Shown in pieces: positions 48,945 through 57,285 of a stretch of DNA of 59,660 nucleotides. The position numbers were made by a program, and so were the translations under genes. The stretch's first letter is position 1. The number at the start of each line of letters is the position of its first letter. The stretch is from Candidatus Pacebacteria bacterium CG_4_10_14_0_8_um_filter_42_14 (GTDB lineage: Bacteria; Patescibacteriota; Microgenomatia; UBA1400; PJMF01). The notes below the pieces were generated by a model, which ran no database searches, had not been told where the DNA came from, and was given only the letters and a program-made list of their open reading frames with translations. Location: assembly GCA_002784625.1 (NCBI GenBank), contig PFLP01000027.1:1-59660 (forward strand), written 5' to 3'.

Positions 48945-49738
48945 CTGCTTGCGCTCGTGTAGCGCTCCAAGCATTTTTTCCAGATTATCAGGCTTACTCC
49001 TAATGACCCTACTCCAACGAGCAAGGTTCCCGCTATTTGTATTGATGGTTTTATTCCCATCAGAACTTGGGCGGGCACTGTTAGCATGAATCCGACTGGA
49101 ATAATGAAGAACAATGCAAATCTAAGCAAATCAGCATAGATGCTGATTGGAAATTTTCCCATACCTGTCAGATCTCTGTAGAGCCATACTAGGCCATCGA
49201 CTTGAGTGGTTATAATCGCAATTGAAACAATTAAGATATGCAGTGCAATTGCTATTAGTAAAGAGTTGATGCAGAGAAGTAGAAAGAGAAGCACATTTGA
49301 GATGCTCAAACTAATATCCAAAGTTGAGATAAGATAGCCGCTGACAATAGTTGCTGGTATAAGAAATATGATGTCATCTATATCGGGTTGGCCAGAAAGA
49401 ATTCTAAACAATGGGTTTAATGGTTTGATGAGGAGAAAGTCAAATTCTCCAGATCTCACTTGTTCACCAAAAGAATAGACGCCTCTCAGCAAGGCTTGAG
49501 TAGTTGAGTCAATAAAGTTGAAGACCAAGAAAAATACCACAACTTGGTCGCTGGTGTAGCCAGCGAAGGTTCGGATGTTATTTTTAATCAGAAACAAAAA
49601 TACCAACATAACTAAAAAACGGATAGTTTTTCCAGTCAGGAAAAGTGCATTCGTGGCTCGATTCACAAAAGCGATTTGTAGGGCATTTATAGCTACCTGT
49701 TTCCAAACGCGCCAGTAAACTTTAAATCTTATTTGCAT
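48941..49738 (-). CDS. ABC-2 type transporter permease (4th permease gene of the operon)
   Basis: About 6 hydrophobic segments, similar in size and topology to the other three. Abuts the upstream gene with no gap. Confidence 0.65.
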   Translation of the reverse strand: MQIRFKVYWRVWKQVAINALQIAFVNRATNALFLTGKTIRFLVMLVFLFLIKNNIRTFAGYTSDQVVVFFLVFNFIDSTTQALLRGVYSFGEQVRSGEFDFLLIKPLNPLFRILSGQPDIDDIIFLIPATIVSGYLISTLDISLSISNVLLFLLLCINSLLIAIALHILIVSIAIITTQVDGLVWLYRDLTGMGKFPISIYADLLRFALFFIIPVGFMLTVPAQVLMGIKPSIQIAGTLLVGVGSLGVSLIIWKKCLERYTSASS

Positions 49739-50530
49739 TTATTGACCCGCTGCTTGGTAACTTCGTAAGCCTTTTTTCCAGAGAAGGTGATTAATGAATG
49801 ACAGTATACCTATCCAGCTGAGGAGAACGATTGAATGATGGAGTGTTTGAGTCATGTCTAGTTTCCCGAGAAACATTTGGGTTTGCATAAAAGATAGATA
49901 GGGAAAAGGGGTAAGAAACAACATATTCTGGATAATTTCAGGCATTATGTCCAGAGGAAACAACTTTCCTGCGCTAAAGTCAGCAAAAATGAAGAACAAG
50001 AACTTCGGCCCCCAGGTTTCGGGACTCCAGAATCCAAGAGTACCAAATAAAAGAGAGAAGATGAAATTTAGTATGACTCCCCCCATTGTCCAAATGATAA
50101 AAAGTATTAATTGACCTCCTTCAGGAAAAATAAGCACAGGTTTAAACAGAAAGAAAAGAACTAAACTTTCTATAATGACAAAGAAAACATTTTTGATCTT
50201 GTCGGCGATCTCCTCTGTTGAGAAGTATGAGAAAAGTGTAATAGGTTTAAGAAGGAGGAAGCTTATTTCGCCAGAGTAGACGCGGCTCGCAAGTCCATGC
50301 AGAGATGTTGCTAATATCATTCCTTGCAGAAAAGCAGCGATGAAAATATAGGTGATCATTTGGTCTTTGCTATAGCCAAACAGATCATTGCCTTGGGCAA
50401 AAATCACATTCCACACGGTTAAAGACATGAGAGAGTTTAAGAATTGTCTGAATCTCCACAGGGCGATGTCAGCTCTATAAACAAGTCCTTTCTGCCAGGA
50501 CAAACTTAAAATTCTCAGGTATTTTTTCAC
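49739..50530 (-). CDS. ABC-2 type transporter permease (3rd permease gene)
   Basis: Polytopic. N-terminal LSLSWQKGLVYRADIALWRF pattern. 4-nt overlap with the ATPase gene. Confidence 0.65.
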   Translation of the reverse strand: MKKYLRILSLSWQKGLVYRADIALWRFRQFLNSLMSLTVWNVIFAQGNDLFGYSKDQMITYIFIAAFLQGMILATSLHGLASRVYSGEISFLLLKPITLFSYFSTEEIADKIKNVFFVIIESLVLFFLFKPVLIFPEGGQLILFIIWTMGGVILNFIFSLLFGTLGFWSPETWGPKFLFFIFADFSAGKLFPLDIMPEIIQNMLFLTPFPYLSFMQTQMFLGKLDMTQTLHHSIVLLSWIGILSFINHLLWKKGLRSYQAAGQ

Positions 50531-51525
50531 AGGTGAAGACGATTCTCTTCTCCGAATACTTCTCTGATGATTGCCTCAAGGGGTATCTCTTCTATATTAA
50601 GATCGTGAATTGGTAGGTCGGTGAGCATGGTGGCCGCACGTTTAGTTGCTTCTTTGCGAGGAACTAACATGGTCGCTGTCGAACCTGTCCAGTTCTTAAC
50701 TATTCCATATTTTTCTAACAATTTCTTTTGAACTGGTTTGCTGAAGGCTAGGGACAGAATTTTGTTTCTCGCATACTTATCAATTAGATCTGACAACTGG
50801 CCATCAAAGACCTTCGCCCCGCGGTCAATCATAATTGCTCGCTCACAAAGCTCTTTGACATCATCCATGTAGTGACTGGTTAAAATAATTGTGGCTCCAA
50901 ATTCTTTGTTATACTGCCTAATAAAATCTCTGAGTGATTTCTGCATTACCACATCGAGACCGATAGTTGGCTCATCTAGAAACAGCACTTTTGGATTGTG
51001 AAGTAGGGAGGCGATGAGTTCGCACTTCATTCTTTGACCTAGAGATAGTTTACGCACTTGGATATTGATAATGTCTTTTACATCTAGAATCTCGATCAGT
51101 GCGTCGAGAGTATTTCTGAACTGTTTTTCCGGAACTTCGTAGATAGTCTGATTTAATAAAAATGTTTCCATGGCAGGCACGTCCCACCAGAGTTGATTCT
51201 TTTGGCCCATCACTAAAGAAAATTGTTTCTGAAAAGCAGCCTGTCTTTTCCATGGGTTATATCCCAAAACTGAAACTGAACCAGAAGTTTGATAGAGCAA
51301 TCCTGACAGGACTTTCAGAGTTGTAGTTTTTCCAGCTCCGTTTTGGCCAATAAATCCAACAATTTCTCCTTGCTCGATATCGAATGAAATGTCGTCGACA
51401 GCTTTAACCGTTTCGTACTCACGATGCCAAAGGGACTCAATGGAGCCCATGAAGCCTGGTTTCTTTTTATAAACCTTAAAGTGTTTCTTTAGGTGATCTA
51501 CTTTAACTGCTGGGATTGATGACAT
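50527..51525 (-). CDS. ABC transporter ATP-binding protein (COG4586-like, with C-terminal extra domain)
   Basis: Walker A GQNGAGKTT, signature LSLGQRMK, Walker B VLFLDEPTIGLD, and the H-loop TSHYM. Confidence 0.88.
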   Translation of the reverse strand: MSSIPAVKVDHLKKHFKVYKKKPGFMGSIESLWHREYETVKAVDDISFDIEQGEIVGFIGQNGAGKTTTLKVLSGLLYQTSGSVSVLGYNPWKRQAAFQKQFSLVMGQKNQLWWDVPAMETFLLNQTIYEVPEKQFRNTLDALIEILDVKDIINIQVRKLSLGQRMKCELIASLLHNPKVLFLDEPTIGLDVVMQKSLRDFIRQYNKEFGATIILTSHYMDDVKELCERAIMIDRGAKVFDGQLSDLIDKYARNKILSLAFSKPVQKKLLEKYGIVKNWTGSTATMLVPRKEATKRAATMLTDLPIHDLNIEEIPLEAIIREVFGEENRLHL

Positions 51526-51545
51526 AGTCCTCCATTATACCTGTC

Positions 51546-52340
51546 TTAACTACCTACACTGCTGTATTTTTTGATTGCGAATGAGAAGAAGGCGTTGGCG
51601 GCTAGCCCAGTCAAGACTGCGCTGATTAGTAGCCAGAAGATGATTGTCACATTCGATTTTCCGAGTAAAACCTCGCTGGGAACTGAGGCAATTAGACTCA
51701 AAGGTAGAAGTACCGTTAAGAGCAACGAAAGAACCCCAGAGAAAGTACTCCTTGGGACTTGAAGGATGCGTCTAAATCCGGGAATAATTTGGTTGATGTT
51801 GTCAAGTTTCTCAACCCAAAATGCTAGGGTGGCAATGATAAACCAGCAGCTATACATTAGTAAGAGCCCGGAGAGCAGTAAGATTACATAAAGAAACACC
51901 CCACCAAAAGAAACGCTGATGTTGAGTTTTATGAGTGAGTAGACGATTACGCTGATGCCGATTATGAGTCTGAAAATCCCATTATAAGAATTCTCTGTAG
52001 TGGTGAGGAGGAAAATGGTGTTGACTGGCTTAGTAAGTAAGTAATCTAGTTCTCCCTTAAAAATTTGTCTAGTGTAGTTGCTCATATTTTCGAAAAAGAA
52101 TGACCAAGTAAAGGCGTCAATGATAGTAAAGGTGCCAAGCAACAGATACATCTCATACTGATTCCAACCTGCTATGTTGCCACTAACTCGCAATATTAGA
52201 GAAAAAGCAAACAAATTAAAAATTGTCCAAAGTACAGAAACGAAAGACCAGAAGAAGAAATCGCCGCGATATTCCGTCATTTTCATTAATTGAATGCCTC
52301 GAAACTTCCAAAATAAATGCCAGTATTTGCCCAAACTCAT
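51546..52340 (-). CDS. ABC-2 type transporter permease (2nd permease gene)
   Basis: Polytopic, with about 6 TM segments. Lies 3 nt downstream of the first permease gene. Confidence 0.65.
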   Translation of the reverse strand: MSLGKYWHLFWKFRGIQLMKMTEYRGDFFFWSFVSVLWTIFNLFAFSLILRVSGNIAGWNQYEMYLLLGTFTIIDAFTWSFFFENMSNYTRQIFKGELDYLLTKPVNTIFLLTTTENSYNGIFRLIIGISVIVYSLIKLNISVSFGGVFLYVILLLSGLLLMYSCWFIIATLAFWVEKLDNINQIIPGFRRILQVPRSTFSGVLSLLLTVLLPLSLIASVPSEVLLGKSNVTIIFWLLISAVLTGLAANAFFSFAIKKYSSVGS

Positions 52341-52343
52341 TGG

Positions 52344-53171
52344 TTAGCCTCCTGCTGATGCATAATGTTTAACACCTTTTTTCCAGACAAATAATACAGT
52401 CATGTACAAAGCAATGACAGACAGAGACACCATTAGCCAATCTGCCATTGTGGGCAGAGTAGCATCTTGAATCACAAATATTGGCAGGGCATAAAATACT
52501 TTGAACGGGAGAGCAAGGGTTAAAGTTCTTAGCCACTCAGGCATGAGAGGTAGGGGAATCAGGGTTCCGCTCAAGAGAGAGATGGATAGCCACTTAAAAT
52601 GAGATAGACCGCTGGCTCCCTCAAGCCAAAAGGCGCTAAGGGTGATTAGCATTGACAATAGAAGCTGTAGTAAATAGGCAATAAAGAGCAGCGTGATGAA
52701 AACTAACCAGTGGATGAGGCTTAGATTTGGTAATGAAAAAGAAGTGAACAATAATAGGAATCGATGAAATAAGATCATGATTGGAGCAAATATAATGACG
52801 TACAAAAATTTGGCAGCAACATCATTAACTACTAATTCTTTTAGATAAGAGTAGGGTTTAACAAGAAAAAAGTCGATTCTACCCATCCTAATTTCTGTTG
52901 GTCTATACTCTTCGAAATGAACGCTAGTTAGTCCTTGGATAATGATCACCAAAAAATAGAACAGCACAACGTCAGAAAAGCTTGTTTGCTGAATTTCAAT
53001 ATTGTCTCCAAAGATAGCTTTCCAGACAAATAGCATGATGGTAAACGGTAAGATATCAAGCAAAATCCAAATAATTAATTCAGTTCTCCACTGAAGAATA
53101 TTGATAAACTTGAAGCGAAGTAATTTGAGATAAGTTACGAGGGTATTTTTTATCATTAGTTGATCGAGCAT
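52344..53171 (-). CDS. ABC-2 type transporter permease (1st permease gene)
   Basis: Polytopic. First gene of the operon, downstream of the hup terminator. Confidence 0.65.
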   Translation of the reverse strand: MLDQLMIKNTLVTYLKLLRFKFINILQWRTELIIWILLDILPFTIMLFVWKAIFGDNIEIQQTSFSDVVLFYFLVIIIQGLTSVHFEEYRPTEIRMGRIDFFLVKPYSYLKELVVNDVAAKFLYVIIFAPIMILFHRFLLLFTSFSLPNLSLIHWLVFITLLFIAYLLQLLLSMLITLSAFWLEGASGLSHFKWLSISLLSGTLIPLPLMPEWLRTLTLALPFKVFYALPIFVIQDATLPTMADWLMVSLSVIALYMTVLFVWKKGVKHYASAGG

Positions 53172-53175
53172 AAAC

Positions 53176-53206
53176 TAAAAACACCCTTCTTGCGAAGGGT
53201 GTTTTC
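53176..53206. terminator. Bidirectional-type intrinsic terminator hairpin ACACCCTT-cttgcg-AAGGGTGT flanked by an A-run and a T-run
   Basis: 8-bp perfect stem at 53181-53202 with AAAA upstream and TTTT downstream. Sits between the hup stop and the ABC operon start. Confidence 0.6.
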
Positions 53207-53228
53207 TTTGTATCAATAATTATAGTAA

Positions 53229-53504
53229 TTACCAAACCTGTTTTTTAAGAGGTTTGCCTACTTTTAAGTTGACAACACGATGACTTTTGATGGTCTGTCG
53301 TTTTTTCTCATTGCCAAATGGGACAACTTGTTTGTCTTTGACAACACTTACGTAGAGCGTACCAATTCCAGAGATAACAACTTTATCTCCTTTAACTAGT
53401 GCTCGAGTAATCTCATCAAAGAGAGCGTTAACTGCGTCAGCAGATGCCTTCTTGGTAAGATGAGCTTTTTTTGCAACAACTGCAATAAGTTGTGACTTTG
53501 TCAT
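53229..53504 (-). CDS. hup: HU/IHF family DNA-binding protein
   Basis: MTKSQLIAVVAKKAHLTKKASADAVNALFDEITRALVKGDKVVISGIGTL plus a beta-arm region. AGGA Shine-Dalgarno upstream of the ATG at 53504. The tracked ORF start at 53600 is an implausible hydrophobic extension. Confidence 0.85.
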   Translation of the reverse strand: MTKSQLIAVVAKKAHLTKKASADAVNALFDEITRALVKGDKVVISGIGTLYVSVVKDKQVVPFGNEKKRQTIKSHRVVNLKVGKPLKKQVW

Positions 53505-53600
53505 GCTTTTTTCCTTTCGTATCAGCACAATAACCTGATAACGGGCCAGCAAAAACCAGTGTACTGGATGGATATACCAAGTCAAGTACTGAATCAACAA

Positions 53601-53999
53601 TTATAGGTACTTGTAGAGTTTTAGAAAGGCAATTGCAGCTCCGAGAGAATCAAAACCGACGTCTCGTAAGGTGCCATGCCTACCAAAAACAAATGATTGG
53701 TGAATCTCATCACTGGCTGCATAGAGCACGGTGAAGATCAGGGGCACAAGCCAGACAGAGTGAGAAGTATCTTGAGGTCTAGTAATTTTTTGGGCGCGAA
53801 AGAGTAGTAGATACATGATGGCGTAGGCGGTAATATGACCAGCTTTTTTAAAGAGAAAATCGGTAGTTTGGAGTGAAAAGCCAGGAATTACTTGTTGGCC
53901 AGAGACAATAAAAATTGCGATCGCCCAAATGATCACAGGAGAATAAGCAGAAACAAAAATAAAGTTTTTGTGAAGAAGTTTCATTTTCGAGCAAGCCAA
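53601..53999 (-). CDS. VanZ-like membrane protein
   Basis: Four TM segments. SDEIHQSFVFGRHGTLRDVGFDSLGA matches the VanZ signature. Confidence 0.7.
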   Translation of the reverse strand: MACSKMKLLHKNFIFVSAYSPVIIWAIAIFIVSGQQVIPGFSLQTTDFLFKKAGHITAYAIMYLLLFRAQKITRPQDTSHSVWLVPLIFTVLYAASDEIHQSFVFGRHGTLRDVGFDSLGAAIAFLKLYKYL

Positions 54000-55168
54000 C
54001 TACTGAGAGATACCAGGAAGCCTCCTAGTATAACATGGGGGAAGGGTTCACTTGATTGACTGGGAGGTTTTGGAGTCATTTCCGCCCCATCGGCTTCGGC
54101 GGTATTATTCTCTGGAAGTAGCTCAATAGAGGTGCTTTTGTAGTATGGGCGTACGAGTCGATGACTCGCGCCTAAGACTGGCGAAGTTGAATCTACAATT
54201 TTCGGAGGCGCTGCTTTATTTGTCTCAACTATTTTCTGAGTCGCCCCAGCGCTAGAGACGCTGGCTTCTTTAGAGGATGGTTTGCTATTTTTATAGCCAG
54301 GACTGGGCTCAGTCGGTTGCCACTCATTATTTAAAAGAACCAGAGACTTTCCGACTTTGCATTCTTCATATTTTGCTTTAGCAATTAACTGCCCAAAGTT
54401 AGTTGTTATAGAAAATTCATCACCGCTGTTGTTTAGAATGCTACTGGCCCACTCAAAAACTCCATAATTACCGGCTGGTATTTTTCCAGATAGGTTTCTA
54501 GTATTGCCAGAGTTATCAGTTAGAATCCAGTTTTCTAAAGTTATATCTTTTCCACTGAAAAGTTCTATCCACTCTACGTTTCCAGTATTTGGACAAGCCA
54601 TGATTTCGCTGAGACTAATTTGAGAAACATCGACGAGCTCGGTTTGGATTGCAACGGGTGTTTCTGCTGGTGGAGTCGCCTGTTCACTCTCTCCAATTAC
54701 TTCGACAGTTTCTTGGGCAAAAAATACACCAGCACTGGGAGTAGCCAGATAGACACTTGGATCAGAAAGAGAAGTCAGATTCCACGACATGCCTTTCTCA
54801 CTTGATGAGTAGCTCATTGCTGAAGCGGTAGCTTGCTGGTCGTTATAGAGAACAACAGTGTCGCCAGTGTTGTTGAGTTTGCTGCCCGAAATGGTGGCAA
54901 CGTAGGCAGTTAGGGGAGCAATCATGAGATCAGAGAATCTTACCAATAAACTCGGCTGCGAGAGGGTGTCGTAGAGACTAAATCCGCTTAAGTTGGCTGA
55001 CTGAGTAGCACTGTTGTAGATCTCAATCCATTCGGACTCGCCGGTATCAGGATTGGGATAGACTTCAGTGATTATAATTTGAGCTTCAACTTCTTTGACG
55101 ATCACTAGATAGAGAAACATGCCGCAGAGAAGCACCAACCAAAAAAGCAACCAGGGTCGAAGTGACAC
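53981..55168 (-). CDS. Membrane-anchored protein with two lamin-tail (LTD) domains
   Basis: IIITEVYPNPDTGESEWIEIYNS..LSGFSLYD and ISLSEIMACPNTGNVEWIELFSG..NWILTDNSGN. N-terminal TM helix and a C-terminal hydrophobic segment. Confidence 0.7.
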   Translation of the reverse strand: MSLRPWLLFWLVLLCGMFLYLVIVKEVEAQIIITEVYPNPDTGESEWIEIYNSATQSANLSGFSLYDTLSQPSLLVRFSDLMIAPLTAYVATISGSKLNNTGDTVVLYNDQQATASAMSYSSSEKGMSWNLTSLSDPSVYLATPSAGVFFAQETVEVIGESEQATPPAETPVAIQTELVDVSQISLSEIMACPNTGNVEWIELFSGKDITLENWILTDNSGNTRNLSGKIPAGNYGVFEWASSILNNSGDEFSITTNFGQLIAKAKYEECKVGKSLVLLNNEWQPTEPSPGYKNSKPSSKEASVSSAGATQKIVETNKAAPPKIVDSTSPVLGASHRLVRPYYKSTSIELLPENNTAEADGAEMTPKPPSQSSEPFPHVILGGFLVSLSSWLARK

Positions 55169-55207
55169 GACTTAAGTTTAAAGCGCCAAGCTTACAAGAA
55201 GCGTGAT

Positions 55208-56401
55208 TTAATAATTTACGTGAAGATAATAGGTGCTGATGCCGTCTGCTTGCTCGACTTTGACGTATCTGAGGTTGCCACCTCCACAAGCGATACTTCC
55301 TCTAGAAAGAACACCATTCTGGACTGCACGGACTCTGTAGTCTCCAGATTTACCAACCATGTCAATTCCAGTGTGAGGAGCACCACCATAAGCTCTACGA
55401 ACGCGAGCATAGTAGGTCATGCCATAACCCTGAGTGATTCTAGCAGCATCAAAAACAGGCCAGTCCCAGCCTCCCCCAAAGCCAAAAGATCCATCGGGAG
55501 AGTTGCTCCAGGCTATGTCGACTGAGGAGAGGTAGGCGGATGGATCTCTATTAACTTTATCTTTCACAACTTCAAAATGCAGATGAGTGCCTGTAGAGCA
55601 GACGCTAGATCCAGAAATAATACTGGCAATTACGTCACCTGCGGCAACATCCCCAACTTTGGATTCGCTACCTTTTCCTGCGATGATAGATTGAATGGCA
55701 TTGATTTCAGCCAGCGTTTTTGCAAGCGCTGCTTGATAAACAGATTCATTGTTTTTGGTTTCAGTTAATAAGTATTGTTGTTCAGTTCGCTGTTTGGCCA
55801 GGACATTTTGTTCTTTCTCGAGTTTTTCTTGCTTAATAGCAATTTCTTCTTGTTTCTGTTCTTTACTCGCCTTTTGTTCATCGTAAAGCAGTCGTTGCGA
55901 CTCGGCTCGTTCCATGGCAACTGCTGTTTGTTCGCGAGCTTGTTGCAAGTACTTTAGTTTGGAAAAGAATGATGAGGGAGAACCGTTTTTATCAAGAAGA
56001 AAAAGAATCGGATTAACTCGATGTTGTTTATATTCTTGCTGGACTCTCTCTACCAAGAGAGTTGTTAGCCGGTCAAGAGAAAGATTCAGGCCACCGATTC
56101 GCTGAGTAAGATCTGAGATCTGAGCCGTTAAAATTGAGATCTCAGACTCGGTTTGCTGGATCTGAATTTCTTGAATCTGTACTTTGCCATTAATGATGCT
56201 GATGGTGTTGGTGAGAGTAACGCGTTGCTGTTGAGTTTGATTTAAGTTGTCTTCAAGACATTTTTTCTTGTCTTCAAAACAAGTTAGATCCTCACCACCT
56301 GACTGACACTGAAATTCATCACAAGCGATGGCAAAAACTTCTGGAACACTGATACTAAGCGTGAATATGAGGATGAGTAAGAAGCTATATATTTTGCGCA
56401 T
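55208..56401 (-). CDS. Coiled-coil M23 metallopeptidase (EnvC/PcsB-like FtsEX partner) with M23 motifs in permuted order
   Basis: Signal peptide and a roughly 200-aa Gln/Glu-rich coiled coil. Then GTHLHFEV (aa 272-278) lies upstream of HTGIDM (aa 343-348), and the protein ends at YYLHVNY. Confidence 0.8.
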   Translation of the reverse strand: MRKIYSFLLILIFTLSISVPEVFAIACDEFQCQSGGEDLTCFEDKKKCLEDNLNQTQQQRVTLTNTISIINGKVQIQEIQIQQTESEISILTAQISDLTQRIGGLNLSLDRLTTLLVERVQQEYKQHRVNPILFLLDKNGSPSSFFSKLKYLQQAREQTAVAMERAESQRLLYDEQKASKEQKQEEIAIKQEKLEKEQNVLAKQRTEQQYLLTETKNNESVYQAALAKTLAEINAIQSIIAGKGSESKVGDVAAGDVIASIISGSSVCSTGTHLHFEVVKDKVNRDPSAYLSSVDIAWSNSPDGSFGFGGGWDWPVFDAARITQGYGMTYYARVRRAYGGAPHTGIDMVGKSGDYRVRAVQNGVLSRGSIACGGGNLRYVKVEQADGISTYYLHVNY

Positions 56402-56409
56402 CTGTCTAT

Positions 56410-57282
56410 TTATGAGCGATGGGCAAAGCGATTGACGGCAACACTACTAGCAAATGCCCCAAGAACTAAGCCGATAGCCACACCTATTCCAAGCTGTAGT
56501 AGTAAGAATGACATCGGAACTGGAAAAGAAATCATGCCAATAAAGAATGTCGTCAGAGTTGGAGTCAGGTATAAAAGAACCGCCACGGTTGCTGCCCAGC
56601 CAAGAATGGCTCCGAAAACGCCATAGAGAATGCCTTCGACGATGAACGGTTTATTGATATACCAGGCGGAGGCTCCAATTAGGCGCATGACAGAAACAGC
56701 ATACTTTTTATTGGCTGCCTTCATGGTGATAACGATGGTTATGGTTAGAAATGACACGAAGCTAAGAACTACCACATCGATCATACCGGCAGTTCTTAAA
56801 GCACTAGTCCAGTTGGCGAGTTGGTCAACTATATCCTGTTGAAAGATGACTTCGTCAACGTGGTCGGTTTTTGAAAGAGTTTCGGCGAGCTTTGTTAGAG
56901 TTCTTGGATCAGAAGCAGAGACTTCAATACTGGCTGGGAGAATGTCGGCCGTGACCAGCTCTAATAATAGGGGCGAGTCATCATATTCTTTCGCATAATC
57001 AGCCAATGCCTGTTCTTGAGTGATTAGCTTCACATCGGTGACGCTGGCGTCTTTAGAAATTTGATCTGCCAGAGCTTTAATATCCGCGGCTTCAGCGTCG
57101 AGATCGAAGAAAGCAATTACCTGAGGGGCTGTTTCGAAGTATCGGAGTACTAGGTCCGCACCAGATAGAATAAATGCCAGGCGAAAGCCAACGAAAAAGG
57201 TCACTGTCACCATCAGAAGAGCAGCCAAAGATTGATAAGGCGTTCGGCGAATAGTGGTTAGGGCTCCAGTTAGTGCGTTCAT
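56410..57282 (-). CDS. ftsX: Cell division permease-like protein FtsX
   Basis: N-terminal TM helix, a large extracytoplasmic loop, three C-terminal TM helices, and RLIGASAWYI (family pattern RLVGAT). Lies directly after ftsE. Confidence 0.85.
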   Translation of the reverse strand: MNALTGALTTIRRTPYQSLAALLMVTVTFFVGFRLAFILSGADLVLRYFETAPQVIAFFDLDAEAADIKALADQISKDASVTDVKLITQEQALADYAKEYDDSPLLLELVTADILPASIEVSASDPRTLTKLAETLSKTDHVDEVIFQQDIVDQLANWTSALRTAGMIDVVVLSFVSFLTITIVITMKAANKKYAVSVMRLIGASAWYINKPFIVEGILYGVFGAILGWAATVAVLLYLTPTLTTFFIGMISFPVPMSFLLLQLGIGVAIGLVLGAFASSVAVNRFAHRS

Positions 57283-57285
57283 AGG

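Noticed and set aside
53505-53600. 32-codon N-terminal extension of the HU ORF (MLIQYLTWYIHPVHWFLLARYQ..).
   Set aside because: HU family proteins start at MTKSQL-type sequences. An AGGA Shine-Dalgarno precedes the ATG at 53504. The extension most likely covers the promoter region.
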